A program made the translations under genes and the position numbers. Shown here in pieces: positions 12,215 to 20,587 of a stretch of 64,000 nucleotides of DNA. Origin of the DNA: Lysobacterales bacterium (lineage in GTDB: Bacteria > Pseudomonadota > Gammaproteobacteria > Xanthomonadales > SZUA-5); NCBI GenBank assembly GCA_022844165.1, contig JALHMH010000014.1, forward strand, positions 32,001 to 96,000, in the 5' to 3' direction. The notes below the pieces were generated by a model. It made no database searches. It was given only the letters and a program-made list of their open reading frames with translations, and had not been told where the DNA came from. Position 1 is the first letter of the stretch, and the number at the start of each line of letters is the position of its first letter.

Positions 12215-12293
12215 GGTGTCCCGAAAGTAGGGTGAACCAGGCTGTTAAGAAACAGCCTGGGTTACCATTGAACCTCGGTCGTACGGCGACACC
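12215..12293. other. Intergenic nested inverted repeat / stem-loop
   Basis: Perfect 10-bp CCAGGCTGTT-aaga-AACAGCCTGG (12237-12260) enclosed by GGTGTC (12215-20) / GACACC (12288-93). Confidence 0.55.
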
Positions 12294-12364
12294 TATGCAC
12301 GAAGTCGAACCGGATCGCGCGTTGTCGCTATCCTTCGGCGTTTCATCTTCTTTGGGGGAGCACC

Positions 12365-13252
12365 ATGTCGCATCACTCTGCTGGCGCCCGTCTGCGTGAG
12401 GCGATGGTTGCCGAAAGACCGCTGCAGTTGCCTGGCGTGATCAATGCGTATGCTGCAATGCAGGCAGAACGCGCTGGATTCAGGTCGCTCTATGTGTCTG
12501 GTGCGGGCATTGCCAATGCGAGCTACGGTTTGCCCGATTTAGGCATGACCAGTCTGGACAACGTATGTGAAGACATCCGTCGTATCAGTGGCGCGACCCA
12601 GTTGCCCTTGCTGGTCGATGCGGACACGGGCTGGGGCGCGGTGTTTAACATCCAGCGGACTGTCAAAGAGTTCATTCGCGCCGGTGCCGCGGCCTGCCAT
12701 ATTGAAGATCAGGTGCAGGCCAAACGCTGCGGTCATCGTCCCGGCAAGGCCGTGGTCGCCAAGGAAGATTTTGCCGATCGCATCAAGGCTGCTGTCGACG
12801 GTCGCAACGACCCAGATTTTGTGATTGTTGCGCGCACCGACGCTCTCGCCGTCGAGGGCATCGATTCGGCGATCGAGCGTGCTGTGCTGGCACAAAATGC
12901 TGGCGCCGATGTGATCTTTGCTGAAGCCTGCACCACACTGCCGGAGTACCAGCGCTTTATCTCAGCGCTCAAGATTCCGGTGCTCGCCAATCTGACCGAG
13001 TTCGGCAAGACGCCGTACTTCACGGCAGACGAATTGGGCTCTATCGGCATCGCCATGATCATCTATCCGCTAAGTGCGTTTCGCGCCATGGCGAAGGCTG
13101 CCGAGGGCATCTACGCTGAGATCCGCCAGCAGCGCACGCAGAAGGAGGTTGTCGAGCGCATGCAGACGCGTATGGAATTGTACGATGTGCTCGGGTACCA
13201 CGCCTATGAGCGAAAGATCGATACCCTGTTCGGGAAAGGCGAGGGTGGATGA
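12365..13252 (+). CDS. prpB: 2-methylisocitrate lyase
   Basis: [57 protein letters not shown]. Confidence 0.95.
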   Translation: MSHHSAGARLREAMVAERPLQLPGVINAYAAMQAERAGFRSLYVSGAGIANASYGLPDLGMTSLDNVCEDIRRISGATQLPLLVDADTGWGAVFNIQRTVKEFIRAGAAACHIEDQVQAKRCGHRPGKAVVAKEDFADRIKAAVDGRNDPDFVIVARTDALAVEGIDSAIERAVLAQNAGADVIFAEACTTLPEYQRFISALKIPVLANLTEFGKTPYFTADELGSIGIAMIIYPLSAFRAMAKAAEGIYAEIRQQRTQKEVVERMQTRMELYDVLGYHAYERKIDTLFGKGEGG

Positions 13253-13320
13253 CCTCATGCACTGTTCGGGACGAGCGAATCGCCACAATGTGACAGCGAC
13301 CTGCAACGCTGAGCAGAACG

Positions 13321-13557
13321 ATGGACTTGCTTGATCTACCGGCGAACGTTTTGCGCTTTTTGTGGTGGTTGATTCAAGATTGCTTCTTCTCGTTGGCCTG
13401 TTGGTGCGTGGGCTGGCTGGTTTGCCGAACTTTGACGTTGAACCGATACCCCAAAGAACGATTCACCGAGTTCAATGACCAACACTTGACGGTCAATCTC
13501 GTTGGACTTGTGACGCTGATTGCGGTGTTTGTTCTGGTGATCCTGGTCGTGTCTTGA
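13321..13557 (+). CDS. Small hypothetical membrane protein
   Basis: 78 aa with two hydrophobic segments around TLNRYPKE; co-oriented with neighbours. Confidence 0.5.
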   Translation: MDLLDLPANVLRFLWWLIQDCFFSLACWCVGWLVCRTLTLNRYPKERFTEFNDQHLTVNLVGLVTLIAVFVLVILVVS

Positions 13558-13655
13558 AGTCGATCAAGCCGCTCCGCAGTTGACCGTTCGTACACTACTG
13601 TCAGCGATGACCGAATGCTCAAATCCTACCCAGCTTGCAAGTCTTGGGAGGAGAC

Positions 13656-16508
13656 ATGAGAGCTTTGTTCAGTGCTGCCCTGCTACTTGCGAATGGTTCG
13701 CTTTTCGCGCAGGTGACACAAGTTGCAGGTTTTGGTTCAAACCCCGGCGCCCTGGCAATGTACAAATACGTGCCGAGCGGCCTGCCAGCCAACGCGCCGC
13801 TGGTCGTCGCGCTGCACGGTTGCGTGCAATCGGCTGGCGCTTACGATGGTGAGTCTGGCTGGGTTTTGCTCGCCGATCGCTATAAGTTCGCACTGGCGCT
13901 TGCCGAACAATCCTTCTCCAACAACTCGGCGCGTTGCTTCAATTGGTTCGAAAGCGGCGATGTCACGCGCGGCAGCGGTGAGGCGTTGTCGATCAAGCAA
14001 ATGGTCGACAAAATGAAGTCCGACCACACAATCGATCCGGCACGCGTGTATGTCACTGGCCTGTCTGCAGGCGGCGCAATGACCGCCGTGATGTTGGCGA
14101 CTTACCCGGATGTATTCGCCGGCGGCGCGGTCATCGCTGGCGTCGCTTACGACTGCGGCCGTGGATCCAGCGCGGCGTTTAATTGCATGGATCCTGGGCT
14201 CAATCTTTCGCCAGCGCAATGGGGCAACAAGGTACGCGCGGCATCCTCACACGGCGGCCCGTGGCCGATCGTCAGCATATGGCACGGCAGTAGTGATCCG
14301 ACTGTCAAACCCGTCAATGCCCAGGAGTTGATCGATCAATGGACCAATGTCCATGGCATCGATCAAATCGCGGATGTGGAGGATACGATCGCGGGATATC
14401 CGCACAAGGTGTTTCGCAACAGTGCCGGACAGGCGCTCATCGAGAGTTATACGATCACGGGCATGGGGCACGGAACTCCGGTCGACCCCGGCAGTGGCGA
14501 ACGCCAATGTGGTACAGCTGGCGCCTACCTCCTTGACGCCAATATTTGTTCGAGCTGGTACATCGCACGGTTTTTCGGACTCGACAACATCGACAATATT
14601 CCGCCAGACGTGACGCTCGCCGCGCCGAGTAATGGCGCCGCCGTGAGCGGAATTGTGAACATTGCAGCCATTGCGACCGATAACATTGGTGTCACCCGCG
14701 TGGAATTCCTGATCGACAGTGTCCTGTTGGGCAGCGATAGCAGCGCGCCGTTTGGGTTTGCCTGGGATACCACCAGCGCCAGCAACGGGCCGCGTGCAAT
14801 TCGTGCTCGTGCTTTCGATGTGGCCGGAAACTGGGCAACGTCCGGTGAGGTTCTGGTGACTGTCAGTGGCGGTGTCGAAGACCAAAGCCCGCCGCAAGTG
14901 AACGTGAGTTTTCCCAGCAACGGTTCAACGGTTTCGGGCACCATCACTCTTGCGGCGGCAGCCAGCGACGATACCGGCGTGGCCAGTGTCGAGTTTTTCG
15001 TCGATGGCGTATCCGTGGGTTTCGGCAACCAGAGTGGCGGAGCCGGACCGTGGACTCTCGCCTGGAACTCGACTTCAGTGGCCGACGGCCTGCATGCCAT
15101 CGCCGCAACAGCGCGTGATGCGCAAGGCAATCAGAGCACCGACAACGACACAAACATCATGGTCAATCAAACGACGCTGGCCGTCGACGAGAGCTTCTCC
15201 AATCTCGATGGCAATGGCGATGTTTATGATCACGGCGGTTGGAGCGGCGACTTTGTGGCGGACGCTGACAATGCAACCGTCGGCGCGGGCAGTAGTCAAT
15301 CCGTCTATGGTTACGCAACGTCCGGCGTGGGATGTCTGGGTGGTTGGAAGACCCGGTTCCTGCAGCGCAGCGTCACCTTGTCCACAGCGCCGAGATTGTC
15401 GTTTGCCCGAAAACTCGACCTGAAAGCACAGATCAATTCGTTGACCAGCGCGCGGTTCCGCGTGTTAGTGAATGGCACGATCGTCCATGAGCGTTCTGTC
15501 AGCAACGCGAACTACATCGAAAGTACCTGGCAGCGATTCGAAAACATCGATCTGACAACCTACGCAAGCCAAACCGTAACGCTGCGATTTGAGGCTGGTG
15601 CCAACAGCAACGTCTGCATTGAGGCTTTCGCCAAGGTGCGAATCGACGATGTGCGAATCGCCAATCTGAGCGCAAGCACGGACAGCGTGCCGCCCAGCGT
15701 CAACCTGGTGTCTCCCGTGAATGGCACCACTTTGTCGGGCAGCGTGGACCTTCTGGCCAACGCATCGGACAACGTTAGTGTCAGCAAAGTGGAGTTCTAT
15801 GCCAACGGAACCCTGCTGGGACAGGATCTCAGCGCGCCTTATGCGATCACCTGGGACACCAGTAGTGTTGCTAACGGCGGTTACTCACTGCTGGTCAAGG
15901 CCTACGATGTCGCCGGAAACGTTGCGAACGATGACGACACGGCGATTCATGTCGCCAATGGTGCCAGCTCGCCAGTCACGGTAAGCTTCTCAAGCGAAGG
16001 CGCGAATGACGGCTACATTAAAGCGAACTCGGATGCCAGCGCGCCTGCCATCGGCACCCTCGAAGGCAGTTTTGGTTTGGCGCTGGGCCGCGGCAGCGAC
16101 AGCAAGTTTAATCGTGCAATCCTGTCTTTCGACACCAGCTCTATTCCAGATGGAGCCACAATCACAGACGCTGTCTTGGTCGTCACATACAACAGCGCTT
16201 CCGGCAACCCCTGGAGCAGTCCGGCTGGAAACACGCTGATCGCCGATGTGCAAAACGGCTGCTTTGGTAACTGCTTTCTGGAAACCGGTGACTTTTCGGC
16301 AGCAGCGACATCGACTGCGGTTGCGAACATCGTTCGCTTCACGAGTGGCACGCAAAGCGCAGTGTTCAATGCAGCCGGCCTTTCTGCCGTCAGCAAATCC
16401 GCGCGCACGCAGATCCGCCTTCGGTTCTCGGGCAACCCAACTGCGACACACTACGTTTGGATTGGCGGCGGTATGGCGGCGACGCTGCGAGTGACCTACC
16501 TGCCCTGA
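13656..16508 (+). CDS. Extracellular PHB depolymerase-family esterase (LpqC type) with bacterial Ig-like domains
   Basis: Signal peptide, FGSNPGALAMY, VVALHGC oxyanion region, lipase box VTGLSAGG, IWHGSSD, GMGH; three DxxPPxV...VEF...WDT...A.A.D.AGN Ig repeats; ATG 13656 after GGAGGAG. Confidence 0.9.
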   Translation: MRALFSAALLLANGSLFAQVTQVAGFGSNPGALAMYKYVPSGLPANAPLVVALHGCVQSAGAYDGESGWVLLADRYKFALALAEQSFSNNSARCFNWFESGDVTRGSGEALSIKQMVDKMKSDHTIDPARVYVTGLSAGGAMTAVMLATYPDVFAGGAVIAGVAYDCGRGSSAAFNCMDPGLNLSPAQWGNKVRAASSHGGPWPIVSIWHGSSDPTVKPVNAQELIDQWTNVHGIDQIADVEDTIAGYPHKVFRNSAGQALIESYTITGMGHGTPVDPGSGERQCGTAGAYLLDANICSSWYIARFFGLDNIDNIPPDVTLAAPSNGAAVSGIVNIAAIATDNIGVTRVEFLIDSVLLGSDSSAPFGFAWDTTSASNGPRAIRARAFDVAGNWATSGEVLVTVSGGVEDQSPPQVNVSFPSNGSTVSGTITLAAAASDDTGVASVEFFVDGVSVGFGNQSGGAGPWTLAWNSTSVADGLHAIAATARDAQGNQSTDNDTNIMVNQTTLAVDESFSNLDGNGDVYDHGGWSGDFVADADNATVGAGSSQSVYGYATSGVGCLGGWKTRFLQRSVTLSTAPRLSFARKLDLKAQINSLTSARFRVLVNGTIVHERSVSNANYIESTWQRFENIDLTTYASQTVTLRFEAGANSNVCIEAFAKVRIDDVRIANLSASTDSVPPSVNLVSPVNGTTLSGSVDLLANASDNVSVSKVEFYANGTLLGQDLSAPYAITWDTSSVANGGYSLLVKAYDVAGNVANDDDTAIHVANGASSPVTVSFSSEGANDGYIKANSDASAPAIGTLEGSFGLALGRGSDSKFNRAILSFDTSSIPDGATITDAVLVVTYNSASGNPWSSPAGNTLIADVQNGCFGNCFLETGDFSAAATSTAVANIVRFTSGTQSAVFNAAGLSAVSKSARTQIRLRFSGNPTATHYVWIGGGMAATLRVTYLP

Positions 16509-16593
16509 AGACAGAGGGGCGAAAAGGAGACCACGGAGCGCCGATCGTTGCATCGATTGCGCCTTGCGCTTGTCCTCACCATTCGTTAACTTC

Positions 16594-16624
16594 CCATTAG
16601 GCAAAGTTGAATAATCACTAATGG
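16594..16624. promoter_or_regulatory. Inverted repeat overlapping the RBS of the TonB-dependent receptor
   Basis: CCATTAG (16594-16600)-N17-CTAATGG (16618-16624); the right arm overlaps the GGAGA Shine-Dalgarno. Confidence 0.35.
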
Positions 16625-16633
16625 AGAACTGCC

Positions 16634-19072
16634 ATGACGCGCAAGCTGCTGACATTTGCAATCGCCGCCATTCTTGCGACGCCGGTCGTGGCACAAGATG
16701 AACCGTCCGACGAAACCGGGGCGTCCGAGGCCGAGATGCTCGATGTGGTAATCACCACCGGAACGCGTCGTCAGGATCGTACGGTCAAAGAATCTCTGTC
16801 GGCCATCGACGTCATTCAGTCCGATGAGCTGGAGAACGCCGGCACCACGGAATTACAGGCGGTACTGACACGCACTGTACCCTCGTTCAATTTTCCGCGC
16901 ACGTCGATCACCGATGCCTCCGATCATGTGCGCCCCGCACAACTGCGTGGCCTGGCACCCGATCAGACCTTGGTTCTGATCAACGGCAAGCGCCGGCACC
17001 GCACCGCGATCATCAACGTCAATGGCACCGTCGGCCGCGGCTCTTCGCCGGTCGATCTGAATGCGATTCCGACAGCGGCCATCCAGCGCGTTGAAGTGCT
17101 GCGGGATGGCGCCAGCGCGCAGTACGGATCCGATGCGATCGCTGGTGTGATTAACGTTGTCCTCAAAGACGCCAGCGACGGCGGCAATATCGATCTGCGC
17201 CTCGGGCAGTATGACGAAGGCGATGGCGATCTTTTCCAGATCACAGGCAATGCCGGGTTGGCATTGGGCGAAGAGGGTTTCGTCAACTTTACGATGGAGT
17301 GGCGCGACAAAGGCGACACCAACCGTTCGGCGCCCGATCGTCGTCAGCAGTATCCATTGGTGGGTGGCCGTCCCGATCCCCGCGAGGCGACCTTCGATCG
17401 ATTAAATCATCGCTTTGGTGACGCCGATACGACCGATCGCTCGTTGACGATGAACATGGAAGTTCCGTTCGTTACCGATTCGAGCTTCTACGCGTTTGGC
17501 ACGCTCAACGACCGCGACGGCGAGAGTGCTGGTTTTTATCGCCGGGCACTCGATGCGCGCAACGTGCCAGCGATTTACCCAAACGGTTTCCTGCCGTTGA
17601 TCGTTTCCGATGTGCAAGATCGCGCGGGTGTTGCCGGTGTGCGTGGCAGTCTCGATAGCGGCATGACCTACGATGTGTCGTTCAATGCGGGTAAGTCGAC
17701 GTTCGATTTCACCATCGACAATTCGGTGAATACCAACCTCGGTGCAACCAGCCCGACCAGGTTTTACGCCGGCTCGCTCGAATCCGGGCAGTCGCAGGTG
17801 AACTTCGATATCGGCTACGGTTTTGTTGTCGACGCGCTGGCCAGCCCGTTGAATCTGGCCGCCGGTGTGGAATACCGCGAAGAGAGTTTCTCCATCGGCT
17901 CGGGTGATCCGAGTTCGTTTTTCGGCACCGGTTCGCAGGTTTTCCCAGGCTTTCGACCCAGCGATGCTGGCGAGCAAGACCGCGACAGTTATTCGGTCTA
18001 CGGCGATCTTGAGGCGGACATGACCGATCGGCTGACCCTCGGCGCCGCGATACGCTACGAGGATTATTCGGATTTCGGGAGCGAGTCGAGCGGTAAAGTT
18101 TCCGGCCGATTCGCCTTCACCGATCGCTACGCGATGCGCGCCACGTACAGCACTGGTTTTCGCGCACCCAATCTGCAGCAGCAGTTCTATTCGACCACCG
18201 CCACCAACTTCATCAATGGTGTGCCCTTCGATATTCGCACCTTTGCTGTGACCAACCCGGTGGCCATCGCGCTGGGCGCCGAACCACTCAAAGCCGAACA
18301 ATCAGAGAGTTACAGCGTGGGCTTCGTCGCAGAGCCGGTCGATAACTGGTCAGTCACGCTCGACTTCTACCGCATCGACATCGAAGACCGCGTCATTTTG
18401 TCGGAAAATCTGACCGGCGCTGCGGTGCGCACCTTCCTCGCCGGGCGCGGCTTTCCTGGCGTGGATGGTGGTCGTTACTTCACCAATGCAATCGACACAC
18501 AAACTGACGGCTTCGACTTCATCACGCGCTACAACTTCGACTTCGGCGACGCCGGTTCGTTGGTGACCACGTTTGCTTACAACAACTCCGATACCGATGT
18601 CACCGCGATTGCCCCCAATCCAGCCGCACTCACGCAAGGTGGGTTGAATCTGCAGCGTATCGGTCGCGTCGAACGAGGCCGCGTCGAGCAGGCCTCACCA
18701 CGCGACAAGATCATCATCGGCACCGACTACTTCGTTGGCGACTTTTCCGCCAAGCTCACGAGTACGCGGTACGGCGAGTACCGGTTGCTTGCAACAAATC
18801 CCATTCAGGACGAAAGTTTCGATCCCGAGTGGGTACTGGATTTGGTGTTGAGCTACACTTGGCAAGACACCACCTTTAGCCTGGGCGTCGAGAATTTGAC
18901 CGACAATTACCCACGGCAATTGACTGAAGATCTGATCGTCGATCCCAATGGCTTTGTCAGCTCTGGTCCGCGCGACAACAGTTTTGCCGGAATCCTGCCC
19001 TACGCGCGGGGCGAGGCGCCGTTTGGTTTCAACGGCAGGTTCTACTTTATGCGTGTGAATTACGCTTGGTAA
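16634..19072 (+). CDS. TonB-dependent outer membrane receptor
   Basis: Signal peptide, TonB box LDVVITTGTRR, plug motifs LRGLAPDQTLVLINGKRRH and IQRVEVLRDGASAQYGSDAIAGVINVVLK, C-terminal GRFYFMRVNYAW. Confidence 0.95.
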   Translation: MTRKLLTFAIAAILATPVVAQDEPSDETGASEAEMLDVVITTGTRRQDRTVKESLSAIDVIQSDELENAGTTELQAVLTRTVPSFNFPRTSITDASDHVRPAQLRGLAPDQTLVLINGKRRHRTAIINVNGTVGRGSSPVDLNAIPTAAIQRVEVLRDGASAQYGSDAIAGVINVVLKDASDGGNIDLRLGQYDEGDGDLFQITGNAGLALGEEGFVNFTMEWRDKGDTNRSAPDRRQQYPLVGGRPDPREATFDRLNHRFGDADTTDRSLTMNMEVPFVTDSSFYAFGTLNDRDGESAGFYRRALDARNVPAIYPNGFLPLIVSDVQDRAGVAGVRGSLDSGMTYDVSFNAGKSTFDFTIDNSVNTNLGATSPTRFYAGSLESGQSQVNFDIGYGFVVDALASPLNLAAGVEYREESFSIGSGDPSSFFGTGSQVFPGFRPSDAGEQDRDSYSVYGDLEADMTDRLTLGAAIRYEDYSDFGSESSGKVSGRFAFTDRYAMRATYSTGFRAPNLQQQFYSTTATNFINGVPFDIRTFAVTNPVAIALGAEPLKAEQSESYSVGFVAEPVDNWSVTLDFYRIDIEDRVILSENLTGAAVRTFLAGRGFPGVDGGRYFTNAIDTQTDGFDFITRYNFDFGDAGSLVTTFAYNNSDTDVTAIAPNPAALTQGGLNLQRIGRVERGRVEQASPRDKIIIGTDYFVGDFSAKLTSTRYGEYRLLATNPIQDESFDPEWVLDLVLSYTWQDTTFSLGVENLTDNYPRQLTEDLIVDPNGFVSSGPRDNSFAGILPYARGEAPFGFNGRFYFMRVNYAW

Positions 19073-19092
19073 GTCATCCGGCCACGTCCCAA

Positions 19093-19121
19093 CGCTGCTC
19101 TTGATCGCATCGGGAGCAGCG
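19093..19121 (+). terminator. Stem-loop after the TBDR gene (terminator or mRNA stabiliser)
   Basis: CGCTGCTCTTGAT-cgc-ATCGGGAGCAGCG, a 13-bp stem with two G-U pairs 20 nt after the stop; no U-tract. Confidence 0.4.
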
Positions 19122-19253
19122 AGCGTTCGGGAGAGTACGCCGCCTGTCCCGCGAGTATCGGTAGCGACAGTTCGATACCTGCCATCGGTCGTGGTCGTAG
19201 CGATCGGATGGGGCGTTTAGAATCTCTTCCATCGTTTCCAAGAGAAGGTTGAC

Positions 19254-20282
19254 ATGCCGGGCAGTGATCCGAACGATCTGTCGCTGTTGGGCGCGGCGCC
19301 GAGTTTCGCTGCTGTGCTCGACCATGTTTCGCGCGCAGCGCCGCTGGATCGACCGGTGTTGGTGATCGGTGAACGCGGTACTGGCAAGGAGTTGATTGCA
19401 GCGCGCCTGCACTATCTGAGCAAGCGGTGGGATCGGCCGTTGGTGAAGCTGAACTGCGCCGCGTTGGCCGAAACGCTGCTGGAGACTGAGCTTTTTGGCC
19501 ACGAGGCTGGCTCATTCACCGGCGCCACACGGCGGCATCTGGGGCGCTTCGAGATGGCCAACGAGGGCACGCTTTTCCTGGATGAGCTGGCGACTGCATC
19601 GTTACGTATCCAGGAGAAGATCCTGCGGGTCATCGAATACGGCGAATTCGAGCGTGTCGGCGGACGCGAGACGATTCGCTCGAACGTGCGACTCATTGCC
19701 GCCACGAATCTGGACTTGCCGGCCGAAGCGGCGGCCGGGCGCTTCCGTGAGGATTTGCTCGATCGCCTTGCGTTCGATGTCATCACGCTGCCACCGCTGC
19801 GCGCGCGCAGCGACGACATCTTGCCGCTCGCCGAACACTTCGCGACAAAAATGAGCCAGGAGTTGCGGCGCGACTTGTTCGCTGGATTTACACCCGATGC
19901 GCGGCAGCGCTTGTTGAGTCACCCGTGGCCGGGAAACGTACGTGAGTTGCGCAATGTCATCGAGCGTGCCGTGTATCGGCACGACGATCTCGATGAGCCG
20001 ATCGACGAGATTCAGTTCAATCCTTTCGATTCGCCCTGGCGGCCTCAAAACAAGATAGCAATCCAAAACCTGCCGTCCTCGAACTCAGTCAGCGCTACGC
20101 CGATCTTACCGATGGACTTTCGCAGCGCGGTCGAAGAGACGGAGATCGCCTGGTTGCAGGCGGCGATGCAGCACGCAAAATTCAATCAGCGCAAAGCGGC
20201 AGAGTTGTTGGCATTGACTTACCACCAGTTGCGCGGTTACTTGCGCAAGTACCGGCTCGTTGGTGGCGAAGACGACGATTGA
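19254..20282 (+). CDS. pspF: Phage shock protein operon activator (sigma54 bEBP with no receiver domain)
   Basis: GERGTGKELIAARLHYLSKRW (PspF-type Trp loop), GSFTGA, LFLDE, FREDLLDRL, WPGNVREL, C-terminal NQRKAAELLALTYHQLRGYLRK HTH. Confidence 0.9.
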   Translation: MPGSDPNDLSLLGAAPSFAAVLDHVSRAAPLDRPVLVIGERGTGKELIAARLHYLSKRWDRPLVKLNCAALAETLLETELFGHEAGSFTGATRRHLGRFEMANEGTLFLDELATASLRIQEKILRVIEYGEFERVGGRETIRSNVRLIAATNLDLPAEAAAGRFREDLLDRLAFDVITLPPLRARSDDILPLAEHFATKMSQELRRDLFAGFTPDARQRLLSHPWPGNVRELRNVIERAVYRHDDLDEPIDEIQFNPFDSPWRPQNKIAIQNLPSSNSVSATPILPMDFRSAVEETEIAWLQAAMQHAKFNQRKAAELLALTYHQLRGYLRKYRLVGGEDDD

Positions 20283-20306
20283 GCGCCCGATCACGGCTGG
20301 CAATCT

Positions 20307-20570
20307 TCAGTCGGCTGACACAAACCCCTGCGGTTTTGCCGAACCTTCGCCGAAGAAGTACTTCTCCAGCTCATGGGCGAGGAATTGCCTTGCTTTTGGA
20401 TCGAGCGGCGACAGTCGGTTCTCATTGATCAGCATGGTCTGGTGGGCGAGCCACTCAGACCACGCCTTGCGGCCGACCGACGCAAGAATGCGCTGTCCCA
20501 GCTCCCCAGGGATCGGCGCGCGAGTCAGTGCTTCTTGATCGGCGCCGTAACGGACGCAATGGATGTTCAT
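20307..20570 (-). CDS. yggX: Oxidative damage protection / Fe(II)-trafficking protein
   Basis: 87 aa, N-terminal Cys, PGELGQRI, AWSEWLAHQTMLINENRL. Confidence 0.93.
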   Translation of the reverse strand: MNIHCVRYGADQEALTRAPIPGELGQRILASVGRKAWSEWLAHQTMLINENRLSPLDPKARQFLAHELEKYFFGEGSAKPQGFVSAD

Positions 20571-20587
20571 TCTTCTTGATCCCTCAT

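Noticed and set aside
12181-12320. 6S RNA or a known riboswitch upstream of prpB
   Set aside because: Too short, lacks recognisable conserved motifs, and is not in the usual zapA/ygfA context
16604-16622. Fur box upstream of the TBDR
   Set aside because: Only about 10/19 match to GATAATGATAATCATTATC; too weak to call
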